Below, piece after piece: positions 19,901 through 27,904 of a stretch of DNA of 64,000 nt. The translations under genes were made by a program, and so were the position numbers. The stretch is from Candidatus Bathyarchaeota archaeon (lineage in GTDB: Archaea > Thermoproteota > Bathyarchaeia > Bathyarchaeales > DTEX01): NCBI GenBank assembly GCA_018396635.1, contig JAGTQE010000005.1, forward strand, positions 11,325 to 75,324, written 5' to 3'. The number at the start of each line of letters is the position of its first letter. Positions within the stretch are counted from its first letter, which is position 1. Under the pieces are notes generated by a model. That model did not search any database. It saw nothing but the letters and a program-made list of their open reading frames with translations, and was not told the origin of the DNA.

Positions 19901-20253
19901 TTAACGAACTCAGCTATGCCGTATGCCTCAATATCCCTCTTAGACTTAAAGCCGAGCTCCTTTTCAACCTCGACCTCAACCCAAAGCCCCTGACAGTCGA
20001 AGCCATTCTGGTATCGCAGCTCATAGCCCTGCATGGCTCTGAATCTCTGGAATAAGTCTTTATATGTACGGCCCCAAGCATGGTGGACTCCCATAGGGTT
20101 GTTGGCTGTTATTGGTCCATCTATGAAGGAGTAGGGCCTCTTCCCCCTATTCATCTCCATACGCTTTTTGAAAGCATCCGTCTCCCTCCAGAACCTAAGT
20201 ATCCTATGCTCAATCTCAGGAAAGTTTGGCATTGCCGGAACTTCTCTAAACAT
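16909..20253 (-). CDS. ileS: isoleucyl-tRNA synthetase
   Basis: 1114 aa. It has a HIGH-type motif (PMGVHHAWGRT), a KMSKS-type motif (EMHKSWGN), Zn knuckles (CPRCST, CWRCGS, CKSCGH, CPRCGS) and a CP1 editing-domain-sized insert. Confidence 0.92.
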   Translation of the reverse strand: MFREVPAMPNFPEIEHRILRFWRETDAFKKRMEMNRGKRPYSFIDGPITANNPMGVHHAWGRTYKDLFQRFRAMQGYELRYQNGFDCQGLWVEVEVEKELGFKSKRDIEAYGIAEFVKRCKQRVLRYAAKQTEQSIRLGYWMDWNDPDFLRWLADAMENPDQIITIRGANGQLITDTVERIVGQLGSPEIGGSYFTFSDENNYMIWAFLKKCYERGWIYKGTDVMPWCPRCSTALSEHEIVTEGYRELIHPGLTLRFPLKGRVNESLLVWTTTPWTLTSNVAVAVHPDIIYVKVKYGEEYFYLGKPALDRILPRGSYEIVEEVRGSDMEGWTYEGPFDELPAQINSGAVKAHRVILWDGVTEEEGTCIVHIAPGCGREDFQLGKIYGLPSIAPLDEFGVFIEGFGKYTGIHVYDSAEPIIEDLKVKGLLFKVEDYKHRYPVCWRCGSELVFRLVDEWFISMGKKLNKPLEELTEEEKAQNLRYQIMEVAKKVRWIPEYGLQHELNWLENMEDWMISKKRYWGLALPIWECKSCGHFEVIGSKEELKEKAVEGWEMFEGHTPHRPWVDAVKIRCPRCGSLMSRIPDVGNPWLDAGIVAYSTIRYRTDREYWRRWFPAEFVCESLPGQFRNWFYAMLAMSTVMEGEPPFKVCFGHGLVLDEQGREMHKSWGNVIWFDEAAEKMGADVMRWIYCTTKPEQNLLFGYRRAEEVKRRFLIPLWNIYSFFVTYANLDKWSPKERLAPYEILSPLDRWALSKLNVLVRDVTRYLEDFDPYDAALAIERFVDELSTWYIRRSRRRFWKSEQDEDKNAAYTTLYICLTTLIKLLAPFIPFLTEEMYQNIVRSVYINAPESVHHNDWPTVDEKMIDEELMRSMDLAMKVCSLGRSARNKAGIKLRQPLLEAKVVAEEEILKRIEGLKGVIIDELNIKSLSLTTRRSDLFNYSVKIVPENIGRKYGRLLPRIQEAIGRMSAEEVIAAIGAGGLSLNIEGQEVKLLPEDIRIVEEPREGYSVSEEDNIVVGVYRVIPENLKLEGLARDIVRRIQNQRKEAGFNIADQIETYYEAGPILTEVFESFGDYIAAETLSIVIRKGSPAGEAHSATYSLAGEVLRIWLRKA

Positions 20254-20468
20254 TTACGCCACCTCCACGCTTGTTAGAGGAAGATTAAAAACCATACATA
20301 TATTAGTTCATTGCTTTCAGATAATAGAGGGCACGATAATATCTTGTTAGGCGAAAATCTATCTAGGGATTTGGCGATCACCTTTCATTCCATACACCAT
20401 TAAAAGTATAGTTTGGGTCAGGAATATAAGACTATTGATGCAGAAGCGAAACATATTCCTACCCCCAA

Positions 20469-21530
20469 ATGAATAATTTTGGTGAGATGAGGAGAAAATG
20501 TAGGTTAGTTGAGCAGGGCTTTAAGCCTGGATGCTGTCTAACATATAGTGATGGCGAGTGGAGACCCGCCTGCGAGGTCTCCCTAATCTGGAAGAACAGC
20601 ATACCATACAGGCTGATACACTCCTATGCCCATAAATCCCCAGAGCTATACTTCTCAATATATCAGTCAGGCTGCAACTGGAGCTGCAAGAAATGCCATT
20701 CATGGCGCTTCACAAGATATGCCTCAGGAATATGGATGTCGCCGAAGGATATAGCGAGGATATCCGAGGAATACTTTACGCGTAACAGGGAGAACATTTA
20801 TAGGGAGCCTAGGATCCGCGCAACGAGCTGGCACGCCCACGAGCTTTGCCACGGGTGCGGATCCTGCATTCTAGCCGGGAGTAGATCTAAATATTGTCCA
20901 AATAAGCTCTCATTAAATCAGATAACCCTCCTAGACGACTTAACATGGGGCCCAGCTAGGAATATAATATCTTTTACTGGCGGGGATTTAGCATGCCAGC
21001 CGGAGTTTTATGCCGAGTCTGCTAGGGAGATTAAACGTTTGGGGCTGGATTTATGGGTGCTCTTCGAGACGAATGGTTATGGTCTAACGCCAAGTAACCT
21101 AGAAATGTTTAGAGAAGCCGGGATAGACTCATTCTGGCTTGACATAAAAGCCTACGATGAGAGGGTTCATAGGGAGCTGACGGGAGTATCAAATGAGTGG
21201 ATATTAAAGCTGCCAGCCGAGATAATTGATAGAGGATTCGTTTTGGAGGTCTCAACGGTTTACATCCCTGGATGGGTTGAAAGTGATCAGATAGGGGAGA
21301 TAGCCAAGCTCCTCGCACAAGTAGACTCGGAAATACCATATGCCATAATCGCCTTCATACCCGAATACCAGCTTAGGAGCGTTAGACCACCCACATTCGA
21401 GGAGATGGTTAGGGCCTTTGAGGCTGCTAAAGATGCTGGATTGAAGAATGTTAGGCTTGGGAATCTGGGGATTTTCGTGAGGACGATGGAGGAGTATGAG
21501 GAGCTTATGTCTCTGGAGAAATCTAAGTAA
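20469..21530 (+). CDS. radical SAM protein (activase-like), function unknown
   Basis: It has the CX3CX2C motif SGCNWSCKKCHSW and a second Cys cluster, CHGCGSCILAGSRSKYC. Confidence 0.7.
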   Translation: MNNFGEMRRKCRLVEQGFKPGCCLTYSDGEWRPACEVSLIWKNSIPYRLIHSYAHKSPELYFSIYQSGCNWSCKKCHSWRFTRYASGIWMSPKDIARISEEYFTRNRENIYREPRIRATSWHAHELCHGCGSCILAGSRSKYCPNKLSLNQITLLDDLTWGPARNIISFTGGDLACQPEFYAESAREIKRLGLDLWVLFETNGYGLTPSNLEMFREAGIDSFWLDIKAYDERVHRELTGVSNEWILKLPAEIIDRGFVLEVSTVYIPGWVESDQIGEIAKLLAQVDSEIPYAIIAFIPEYQLRSVRPPTFEEMVRAFEAAKDAGLKNVRLGNLGIFVRTMEEYEELMSLEKSK

Positions 21531-21644
21531 AATTGGCACTAAAATGCCGTATCATAAGAAGATATATGCTGTTCACCTGCACATCTGAGTTTTAAGCCTT
21601 GGGAAAACGGCTTCCTAAACGAAAAGCATTAGTGTTCAAGTAGG

Positions 21645-23747
21645 TCAAGATTTAATTCTCTCTTTTGGCATCCATAAGTGTACTTCGCCTAACCATTTGC
21701 CGATGAATGGTTTGCCAACGATCGCTGGCTTCCCATCTACATGTATAAGCCTAGCATCATGGCTCCCAACACCCTCATCGACAACATGGGTTTCAAATCT
21801 CCCATTACCTCGATTAACGAACAAAATTACTTGAGGGTTCTCTGTGAAATCCATTTCAATAACGCATATGTCTGGTAAGCCGTCGCCAGTAAGGTCGGCA
21901 ACTATTAGCGAATGCGGGTCAACTAAATCATTAGCTAAAACGTGTTCTTGCCAAAGTTGGCGGGGATCATTCCTCGCCTTAAACCATGCAACCCGACCCA
22001 TCTCCTTTCGCCCAAAGTATTGAGCGTCGCCCTCGGAGAGCACGATCTCCACTCGTCCATCGCCATCCAGATCTGCGGCTTCAACGAGCGTGCCCACATA
22101 TCCTTCTGCAAACTGGAAGCGCTGCCACTCCTTACATTCATTATCAGATGGTTTAAACCAATAGTTTCCCGCAATAAGCTCCGGTTTACCGTCTCCATCA
22201 ACATCCGCCCACGCAAGCCCTTCGCCCTCCACGTTCTTAGCTATAAAAGAAGCTTGCCACGCTCTTCGCAAGTCATCAACCGGCTTCAACCTTAATATAG
22301 CTCTTTGCCCCTGATTCCAGGTTACTAGCTCACCTCTACCATCAATATTTATCCAAATCTGCGTATGAAACTTATTGGCAAATTTTCCGATGATGTGCCG
22401 CCTCCATTTTTCCGTTGGGTTAGTCGGCTGCTCCCACCACCAAATATATGGGCTTCGCGAGTCGCCACCAGCTATAAAATCTAAGCGTCCATCATTATTT
22501 ACGTCGGCCAAAACTCCGCCTGACTCTAGCATTTCCGCCTCCTCATCGATCACATGCACATTCCAATTATTTGACGTTATTTGTTCGAGCCAGACAAGGG
22601 CATCCTTACCCTTCTGCCTGCTTCCAATAACTACATCCTCTTTTCCATCACTATTAATGTCGCCTACAATACAGATCGTCCGGTTAAGTTGCGGATTAAG
22701 GCGAGCAATAACAATGCGCTGCATTTCGTAAGTAACGCCTTCAGGAGGACATATGCCAACCCACTCAGCAGCCTTGTGGAAGAAAGCCCGCTTGCTTGGC
22801 GTATTTATGAGCCAGTTTGTGGGCGGCGATTGGAAGCCATCCCTATAATTGTTTCGTCCCTGATCGTAGTAACCCCAACTTGCGCCTTCGCTCAACGCTG
22901 CCTCCATATTCCGTAGATCTGTACCATCTTCGTTAAACACAATGGGTTTAGACATGCCAAAAGACTGGAGTCTAGATCTAACAGCTCTCACCATGCTTCT
23001 AATGCGCTCAGGAGTTTGCCCATTTCCATGAAGAAGAACAAAGTCAACAACGCGTAAAATATTGTCAGGCGGTATGACACCGCCGCAGAAGCTTGTTGAT
23101 ACTGGAAGCTCGCCACCACTAACCTCTTTCGCTAAGGAGATTAACTCGACGATACGGTGAGGCTTAATAATCTCATGATCGTAGCCGGGATGATCGCATT
23201 CATTAGCAATCTCTAAGAGAACATTCCTGTAACGGTGTTCCATCAACCAGTTAACCATGTTCTCAACAGCACGCTTAACGGCTGCTTCGTTAAGCAGCCG
23301 CTGATCCTGACCAAAGTAAAATAGCCCTAATATGACCACCATGCCCAGCTCTCGTGCAGCCTCTAAAACCCGCCTAAGCCTATTAATCCAAGAGCTTTTT
23401 AAAGCGCCGTTCTCTTCAAAACCACTTACATGCCAGGGCTGATTGCCAGTGAAGTACTGTGCTTTTGGACCCCCGCACTGCATGTTTATTGTGAAGGCGA
23501 TAACGCCATGCGCCTTATAGAGCGGCAATGCTGCAATAAATTCGTCAGTGTTTCTCTCCGGGTCAAAGTCGTCTCCGTTAGGATAGCGCCATAGACCTCT
23601 AGTCTCAGGGTTCTCATCCTCAAAGAGTGCTTGAACCATGCGGGCGTTTAACAGCATGCCTATAGCTCTTGGATTAACATTATTCACATCAGCGTAAGTA
23701 GGCATATTATTCAAAAGGAAACTTTCACCCTTAATAGAAACTTTCAT
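21645..23747 (-). CDS. clan GH-A (GH5-like) TIM-barrel glycosidase fused to FG-GAP/VCBS repeat beta-propeller
   Basis: The N-terminal half has LLEIANECDHPGY (NE acid/base-like) and IVFNEDG. The C-terminal half has repeated DxNxDGxxD-type motifs (DINSDGKEDVVIG, DVNNDGRLDFIAGGD, DVDGDGKPELIAGN, DLDGDGRVEIVLSEG, DLTGDGLPDICVIE). I prefer ATG 23747 over TTG 23759. Confidence 0.65.
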   Translation of the reverse strand: MKVSIKGESFLLNNMPTYADVNNVNPRAIGMLLNARMVQALFEDENPETRGLWRYPNGDDFDPERNTDEFIAALPLYKAHGVIAFTINMQCGGPKAQYFTGNQPWHVSGFEENGALKSSWINRLRRVLEAARELGMVVILGLFYFGQDQRLLNEAAVKRAVENMVNWLMEHRYRNVLLEIANECDHPGYDHEIIKPHRIVELISLAKEVSGGELPVSTSFCGGVIPPDNILRVVDFVLLHGNGQTPERIRSMVRAVRSRLQSFGMSKPIVFNEDGTDLRNMEAALSEGASWGYYDQGRNNYRDGFQSPPTNWLINTPSKRAFFHKAAEWVGICPPEGVTYEMQRIVIARLNPQLNRTICIVGDINSDGKEDVVIGSRQKGKDALVWLEQITSNNWNVHVIDEEAEMLESGGVLADVNNDGRLDFIAGGDSRSPYIWWWEQPTNPTEKWRRHIIGKFANKFHTQIWINIDGRGELVTWNQGQRAILRLKPVDDLRRAWQASFIAKNVEGEGLAWADVDGDGKPELIAGNYWFKPSDNECKEWQRFQFAEGYVGTLVEAADLDGDGRVEIVLSEGDAQYFGRKEMGRVAWFKARNDPRQLWQEHVLANDLVDPHSLIVADLTGDGLPDICVIEMDFTENPQVILFVNRGNGRFETHVVDEGVGSHDARLIHVDGKPAIVGKPFIGKWLGEVHLWMPKERIKS

Positions 23748-24055
23748 TCTTAGAATCAACCCCGCATATTGCAGTTCACTTAACCTAATATTTTAAGATT
23801 TTTGAGATGTCAGAATTAGATAAATCTTTGGCGTTAGTCAAGCGAAACACGTGATGTTTGGAGCAATTTGTTGGAATCAGCGATCCGCTGATTCCACTTA
23901 ATAGTCATCATAAATCAACTTCAGCAATACCCGCTTTCCTCATCGAACCCTCAGACAGCCGCAGTAAATAAATGCTGCACCATAAGATATAAGCTTTGCT
24001 ATTAAGTTAGGGGCGATATATTTTTAAGATTGGTTTTAAAACAAGATTTCCTGCT

Positions 24056-25441
24056 ATGTCAGGGGAGATTAAGATTAGAGAGGTTGAGACCAGAAGAGTT
24101 GAGGCTAGGCGAATAGGAATCCACAGCCATGTAACAGGCCTCGGATTAGATAAGAACTTAAGGGCTATTGATGTAGCCGATGGCCTTGTTGGACAGAAAG
24201 AGGCTAGGGAAGCTGCCGGCATAATAGTCCACCTGATTAAGCAGGGTAAGAGACCAGGCCATGGCCTACTCCTCGTCGGGCCTCCGGGGACTGGGAAGAC
24301 AGCTATAGCCATTGGCATGGCTAGGGAGCTAGGCCAAGACGTGCCCTTCGTGGCCATATCAGGCTCAGAGATCTATGGGTTAACTATCAGGAAGACCGAG
24401 TTCCTTAGGCAGGCCATTAGGAGGGCTATTGGCGTTAGGATTAAGGAGACTAAAGAGGTTTATGAGGGCGAGGTTGTTGAGTTAGAGGTTGAGAAGGAGC
24501 CATATCCATACAATCCATATATTCAGATCGCAACCGGTGCGCTCATAACTCTAGCGACCAAAGATGAGACTAAGACCCTTGAGGTTGGAGAAAGGATAGC
24601 CAATAAGCTCCTAGAACTGCCAGTGAGGATTGGGGATGTCATAGAGATTGATGCTGAGACTGGATGGATAACTAAGATAGGCAGGGCTGCTGGCAGGGGC
24701 ATAACCTCAAAGGGTAAGACTGGCGAGTACAGAGTTGCCAGAGTCGTTGAGAGGCCAAGCGGGCCTGTTAGGAAGACTAAGACGATAACACACACCGTCA
24801 CCCTACATGACATAGACATAGCAAACATAAGGCTGCATAGAGGCCTACTATTCAGGGAGGAGGAGGTCTCAGACGAGATCAGGCAGAAGGTCGACGAGTA
24901 CGTGAATGATCTCATTAAAGACCATAAAGCTGAGCTTGTTCCAGGAGTACTATTCATCGATGAGGCGCACATGCTGGACGTCGAATCCTTTGCATTCTTA
25001 AGTAGAGCCCTAGAAGAAGAGTTCGCCCCGGTGCTCGTCCTAGCAACGAATAGGGCAATAACGACTGTTAAGGGTACGGATATAAAGTCTCCGCATGGGA
25101 TACCAATAGATATGCTTGATAGGCTGCTCATAGCGAGAACAAGGTTCCCAACAAGAGACGAGATAATGAGGATTCTTGATATAAGGGCTGAAGCCGAGGA
25201 CCTAAAGATATCTAAGGAGGCGCTGGAGATGCTCACGGACATAGGCGAAAAATACTCTCTGAGACACGCATCCCAGCTAATGCTTCCGGCTAAGGCCGTT
25301 GCTGAGGCCATGGGAGACAGCATAGTCGAGCCAAAGCACATAGAGCGCGTAAGATCACTCTTCATAGACACGAGGGAGTCGGTGGAATACTTAAAGAACG
25401 AACTTGCTAAAGACGCCTTCCTAGCAGAATTCTTAAAGTAG
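24056..25441 (+). CDS. TIP49 / RuvB-like (RuvBL1/2-type) AAA+ ATPase
   Basis: GLVGQKEAREAAGIIV...LLLVGPPGTGKTAIA (Walker A) and VLFIDEAHMLD (Walker B) are separated by a ~170-aa OB-like insertion, as in eukaryotic pontin/reptin. The protein is 461 aa. Confidence 0.85.
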   Translation: MSGEIKIREVETRRVEARRIGIHSHVTGLGLDKNLRAIDVADGLVGQKEAREAAGIIVHLIKQGKRPGHGLLLVGPPGTGKTAIAIGMARELGQDVPFVAISGSEIYGLTIRKTEFLRQAIRRAIGVRIKETKEVYEGEVVELEVEKEPYPYNPYIQIATGALITLATKDETKTLEVGERIANKLLELPVRIGDVIEIDAETGWITKIGRAAGRGITSKGKTGEYRVARVVERPSGPVRKTKTITHTVTLHDIDIANIRLHRGLLFREEEVSDEIRQKVDEYVNDLIKDHKAELVPGVLFIDEAHMLDVESFAFLSRALEEEFAPVLVLATNRAITTVKGTDIKSPHGIPIDMLDRLLIARTRFPTRDEIMRILDIRAEAEDLKISKEALEMLTDIGEKYSLRHASQLMLPAKAVAEAMGDSIVEPKHIERVRSLFIDTRESVEYLKNELAKDAFLAEFLK

Positions 25442-25703
25442 ATACTAAGATACTGTGGGCACTCTAAGGCGAATTTCTGCCGCTAAAATTGGCACTTTAA
25501 AACAAGATTAACCCTCAAATCAATATTTTCCTTTCTCCACCATTGCCCATACTTACGTTAAAAACTAAGCGCTCTTCAAGGCTCATTAAGCTAGCATCCG
25601 CCGTAATTTACAAGAGAACCGCTCGGCAGTCTCTTTTCGGAGACATATTTTATGAGCCTTAAATCAATTCTAGTTTAATAGGAGCTTTGCCAGATTAAAT
25701 AAT

Positions 25704-26927
25704 ATGGAGGCGCTTAGAAAATTTAGGCTTTATTTTTCTAACCTTGGATCAATGTTTGTCTTATTGTGGGTTATGATGTTTATGGTGTGTTTCGCTGATT
25801 CTCTTTGCGGGCCTGTCATCCCATATCTTGTTAGAGAGTTTCTCCTTGATGAAGCAGCGGTTGTTGCTATGATTGGTTTATTGAGCTCTGTATTTAACCT
25901 TGTTAAGACGATAGCCAACGTTCCAGGAGGTATTCTTGGAGATAAAATGAATAGGAGCATGATTGTTCTCATCTCACTTCTCCTTTTGCCAACCTCCTAT
26001 TTGCTTCTCTTCCTTGCGGAGCAGAGCTATTGGATTCTATGCTCATATATTCTCCTCGGAATCTTTTGGGGTCTCTCAATGCCATCCTTAAGTGCCATAA
26101 TTGCCGACATCATCCCCGAAAACATTAGGGGGACGGCTTTCGCCATCTTTAATCTCTCGTGGATTACGAGCCAGACGGTGGCCCCAGTCTTAGGAGGATT
26201 TCTCGCAGACAATTTTTTTATACGTTTCCCATTTATCTCAGCATTACTTCTATCTATAGCAGTAATATCACTCTATTTAAGTTCTATAGGCAAGGTTAAA
26301 GCCGCAGCCTTGCCCGTCAGGTTAAAAAGAGAAATCGGGCGACAGAAAGGCACAATTTCAACAGAACATCTTCGGCTCAACATCCTCCTATTATGTTGTA
26401 TGCGGTTCTTTTCAGGAGTTGGCAATGGAATTCTAATGCCGATAACCACAGCATTCCTAATGTATACCCTTAACACGTCCCCCACAGAAATGGGTTTAGC
26501 ATTTTCAGTAGGTTGGGGTGTTGCTACAGCATTGGCTCAAGTTCCCGGAGGAAAAGCCGCTGACAAGTTGGGGCCTAAGGTAGTCATACTTTTATCTACG
26601 TTAGTAGCCACACCACTTCTTCTGCTCTTACCATTTTCCGTAAACGTTTTTCAATTCATGTTATTTATGGGACTAATATGCTTTATCGGAAACTTATCAT
26701 CCCCCGCATTCTCAGCGTGGATTGCAAACTTAATTGGAACCGAGAGGCGCGGTAAAGGCTACGGATTCACGTCCGCAGCCTCCGGCGCTGGAGCAATAAT
26801 AGGTCCAATTATTGGAAGCCTTACATGGACTCTTTTTGAGCCTAATCACCTCTTACCGTTTGCCTTCGCCCTAATACCATTCCTTCTCATGCTGCCATTC
26901 GTAATCATCCTTAAAAGCAAAGTCTAA
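25704..26927 (+). CDS. MFS transporter
   Basis: 407 aa with about 12 TM segments. It has a GILGDKMNR loop motif between TM2 and TM3 and a second-half repeat, GKAADKLGPK. Confidence 0.8.
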   Translation: MEALRKFRLYFSNLGSMFVLLWVMMFMVCFADSLCGPVIPYLVREFLLDEAAVVAMIGLLSSVFNLVKTIANVPGGILGDKMNRSMIVLISLLLLPTSYLLLFLAEQSYWILCSYILLGIFWGLSMPSLSAIIADIIPENIRGTAFAIFNLSWITSQTVAPVLGGFLADNFFIRFPFISALLLSIAVISLYLSSIGKVKAAALPVRLKREIGRQKGTISTEHLRLNILLLCCMRFFSGVGNGILMPITTAFLMYTLNTSPTEMGLAFSVGWGVATALAQVPGGKAADKLGPKVVILLSTLVATPLLLLLPFSVNVFQFMLFMGLICFIGNLSSPAFSAWIANLIGTERRGKGYGFTSAASGAGAIIGPIIGSLTWTLFEPNHLLPFAFALIPFLLMLPFVIILKSKV

Positions 26928-27119
26928 AAGAGAATCTCAGAGAATATAGTGCAAGCACATAGGCATTTAAAGTATCCCACCTACTGTTTAAATGGAAAGC
27001 CCAGCTTAGCCTTTTTTAGTGCAGGTATAAGCAAGAAGGGGTAAAGGTTAAAGTACGGGGTAAGCGGATTGAGATAAAATTAATACTTGATTCTAAATAA
27101 ACTTAATCTGGGAGTTAAC

Positions 27120-27461
27120 ATGATCGGCGCTGAGAGACCAGTCTTAATAAGGTTTGATGATCCAGTAGAGTTTTTTAGGACTGTTTCAAGAATCAGCATA
27201 ACGACAGAATCCATCCTATTCCATCAATCAGATACGCTATACACATTTGGAGTCGCTGAGGGCAGAGTCTTCGTCTACTACCTACGCCCAGCAAACCTCC
27301 AAATAAAACCATACGTCGAGTTCGATATGAACTGCGAGCTGAAGTTCTCCGAGAAACCATTTACGCCAGACCCAAGAAAGAAATATTTTGTTATTGTGAA
27401 GCCGATTGAGAGCGACATAATGAGGGATATAGAGGCAAGGGAGAGGTTTAAACCACTATAG
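27120..27461 (+). CDS. hypothetical small protein
   Basis: The ORF is open from TTG 27087, and ATG 27120 (MIGAERPVLIRFDD...) is more plausible. I recognise no motif. Confidence 0.35.
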   Translation: MIGAERPVLIRFDDPVEFFRTVSRISITTESILFHQSDTLYTFGVAEGRVFVYYLRPANLQIKPYVEFDMNCELKFSEKPFTPDPRKKYFVIVKPIESDIMRDIEARERFKPL

Positions 27462-27904
27462 AGAATGAAAAGGCCAGCCATAACTAACACCCACAGGCAA
27501 GACCTAGGGAGAGGGCTATCCTGGAAAACAGGCCGTAAAATGCAATAAAAAATGTAATAAAATCACTAAAAACTTCTACTTTCTAACATTAGCGGAATCC
27601 CCTTTAAGGCAGCCACAGCAATCCTTATAGGCTCCAATAAACAATATTATCTGCGCCGCGGGGTACTGAGCTCCACCAGAGATGCTGAAAGCCCAAAGCC
27701 CTGAGGCACCAATGAGGATTCATACTACATTTAAAATTTCTCTTTCTGACAAAAATCCTTAATAAAAGACGAAAACTTAAAATCTAGGCTAGATTATTTT
27801 TAGTTTGACCATAGCCGCCTAATCTGAGCTTTAATGCTGAGGGGCACGAGCTACTGAGGAAGCCAATGATGTGCCTCCTCTCAACCTTCCCGCTCTTGAA
27901 AGAT

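Noticed and set aside
24523-25371. Long antisense ORFs inside well-supported genes. Examples are the 282-aa ORF opposite TIP49, 14196..14801 opposite pyrD, 52367..52978 opposite ilvD, 6151..6693 opposite thrC and 60670..61152 opposite leuC.
   Set aside because: They are Ser/Leu/Ala-rich with no recognisable motifs. Each lies fully within a gene whose product has strong family signatures, so they are typical shadow ORFs.
24035-25509. The 14-mer TTTAAAACAAGATT is present on both sides of the TIP49 gene (24035..24048 and 25496..25509). TAAAATTGGCACT is also repeated at 21529..21541 and 25484..25496. These could be target-site duplications or repeat elements.
   Set aside because: For 64 kb, several exact 13-14-mer coincidences are expected by chance, more so in AT-rich promoter or terminator DNA. 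There is no integrase or transposase and no inverted termini.
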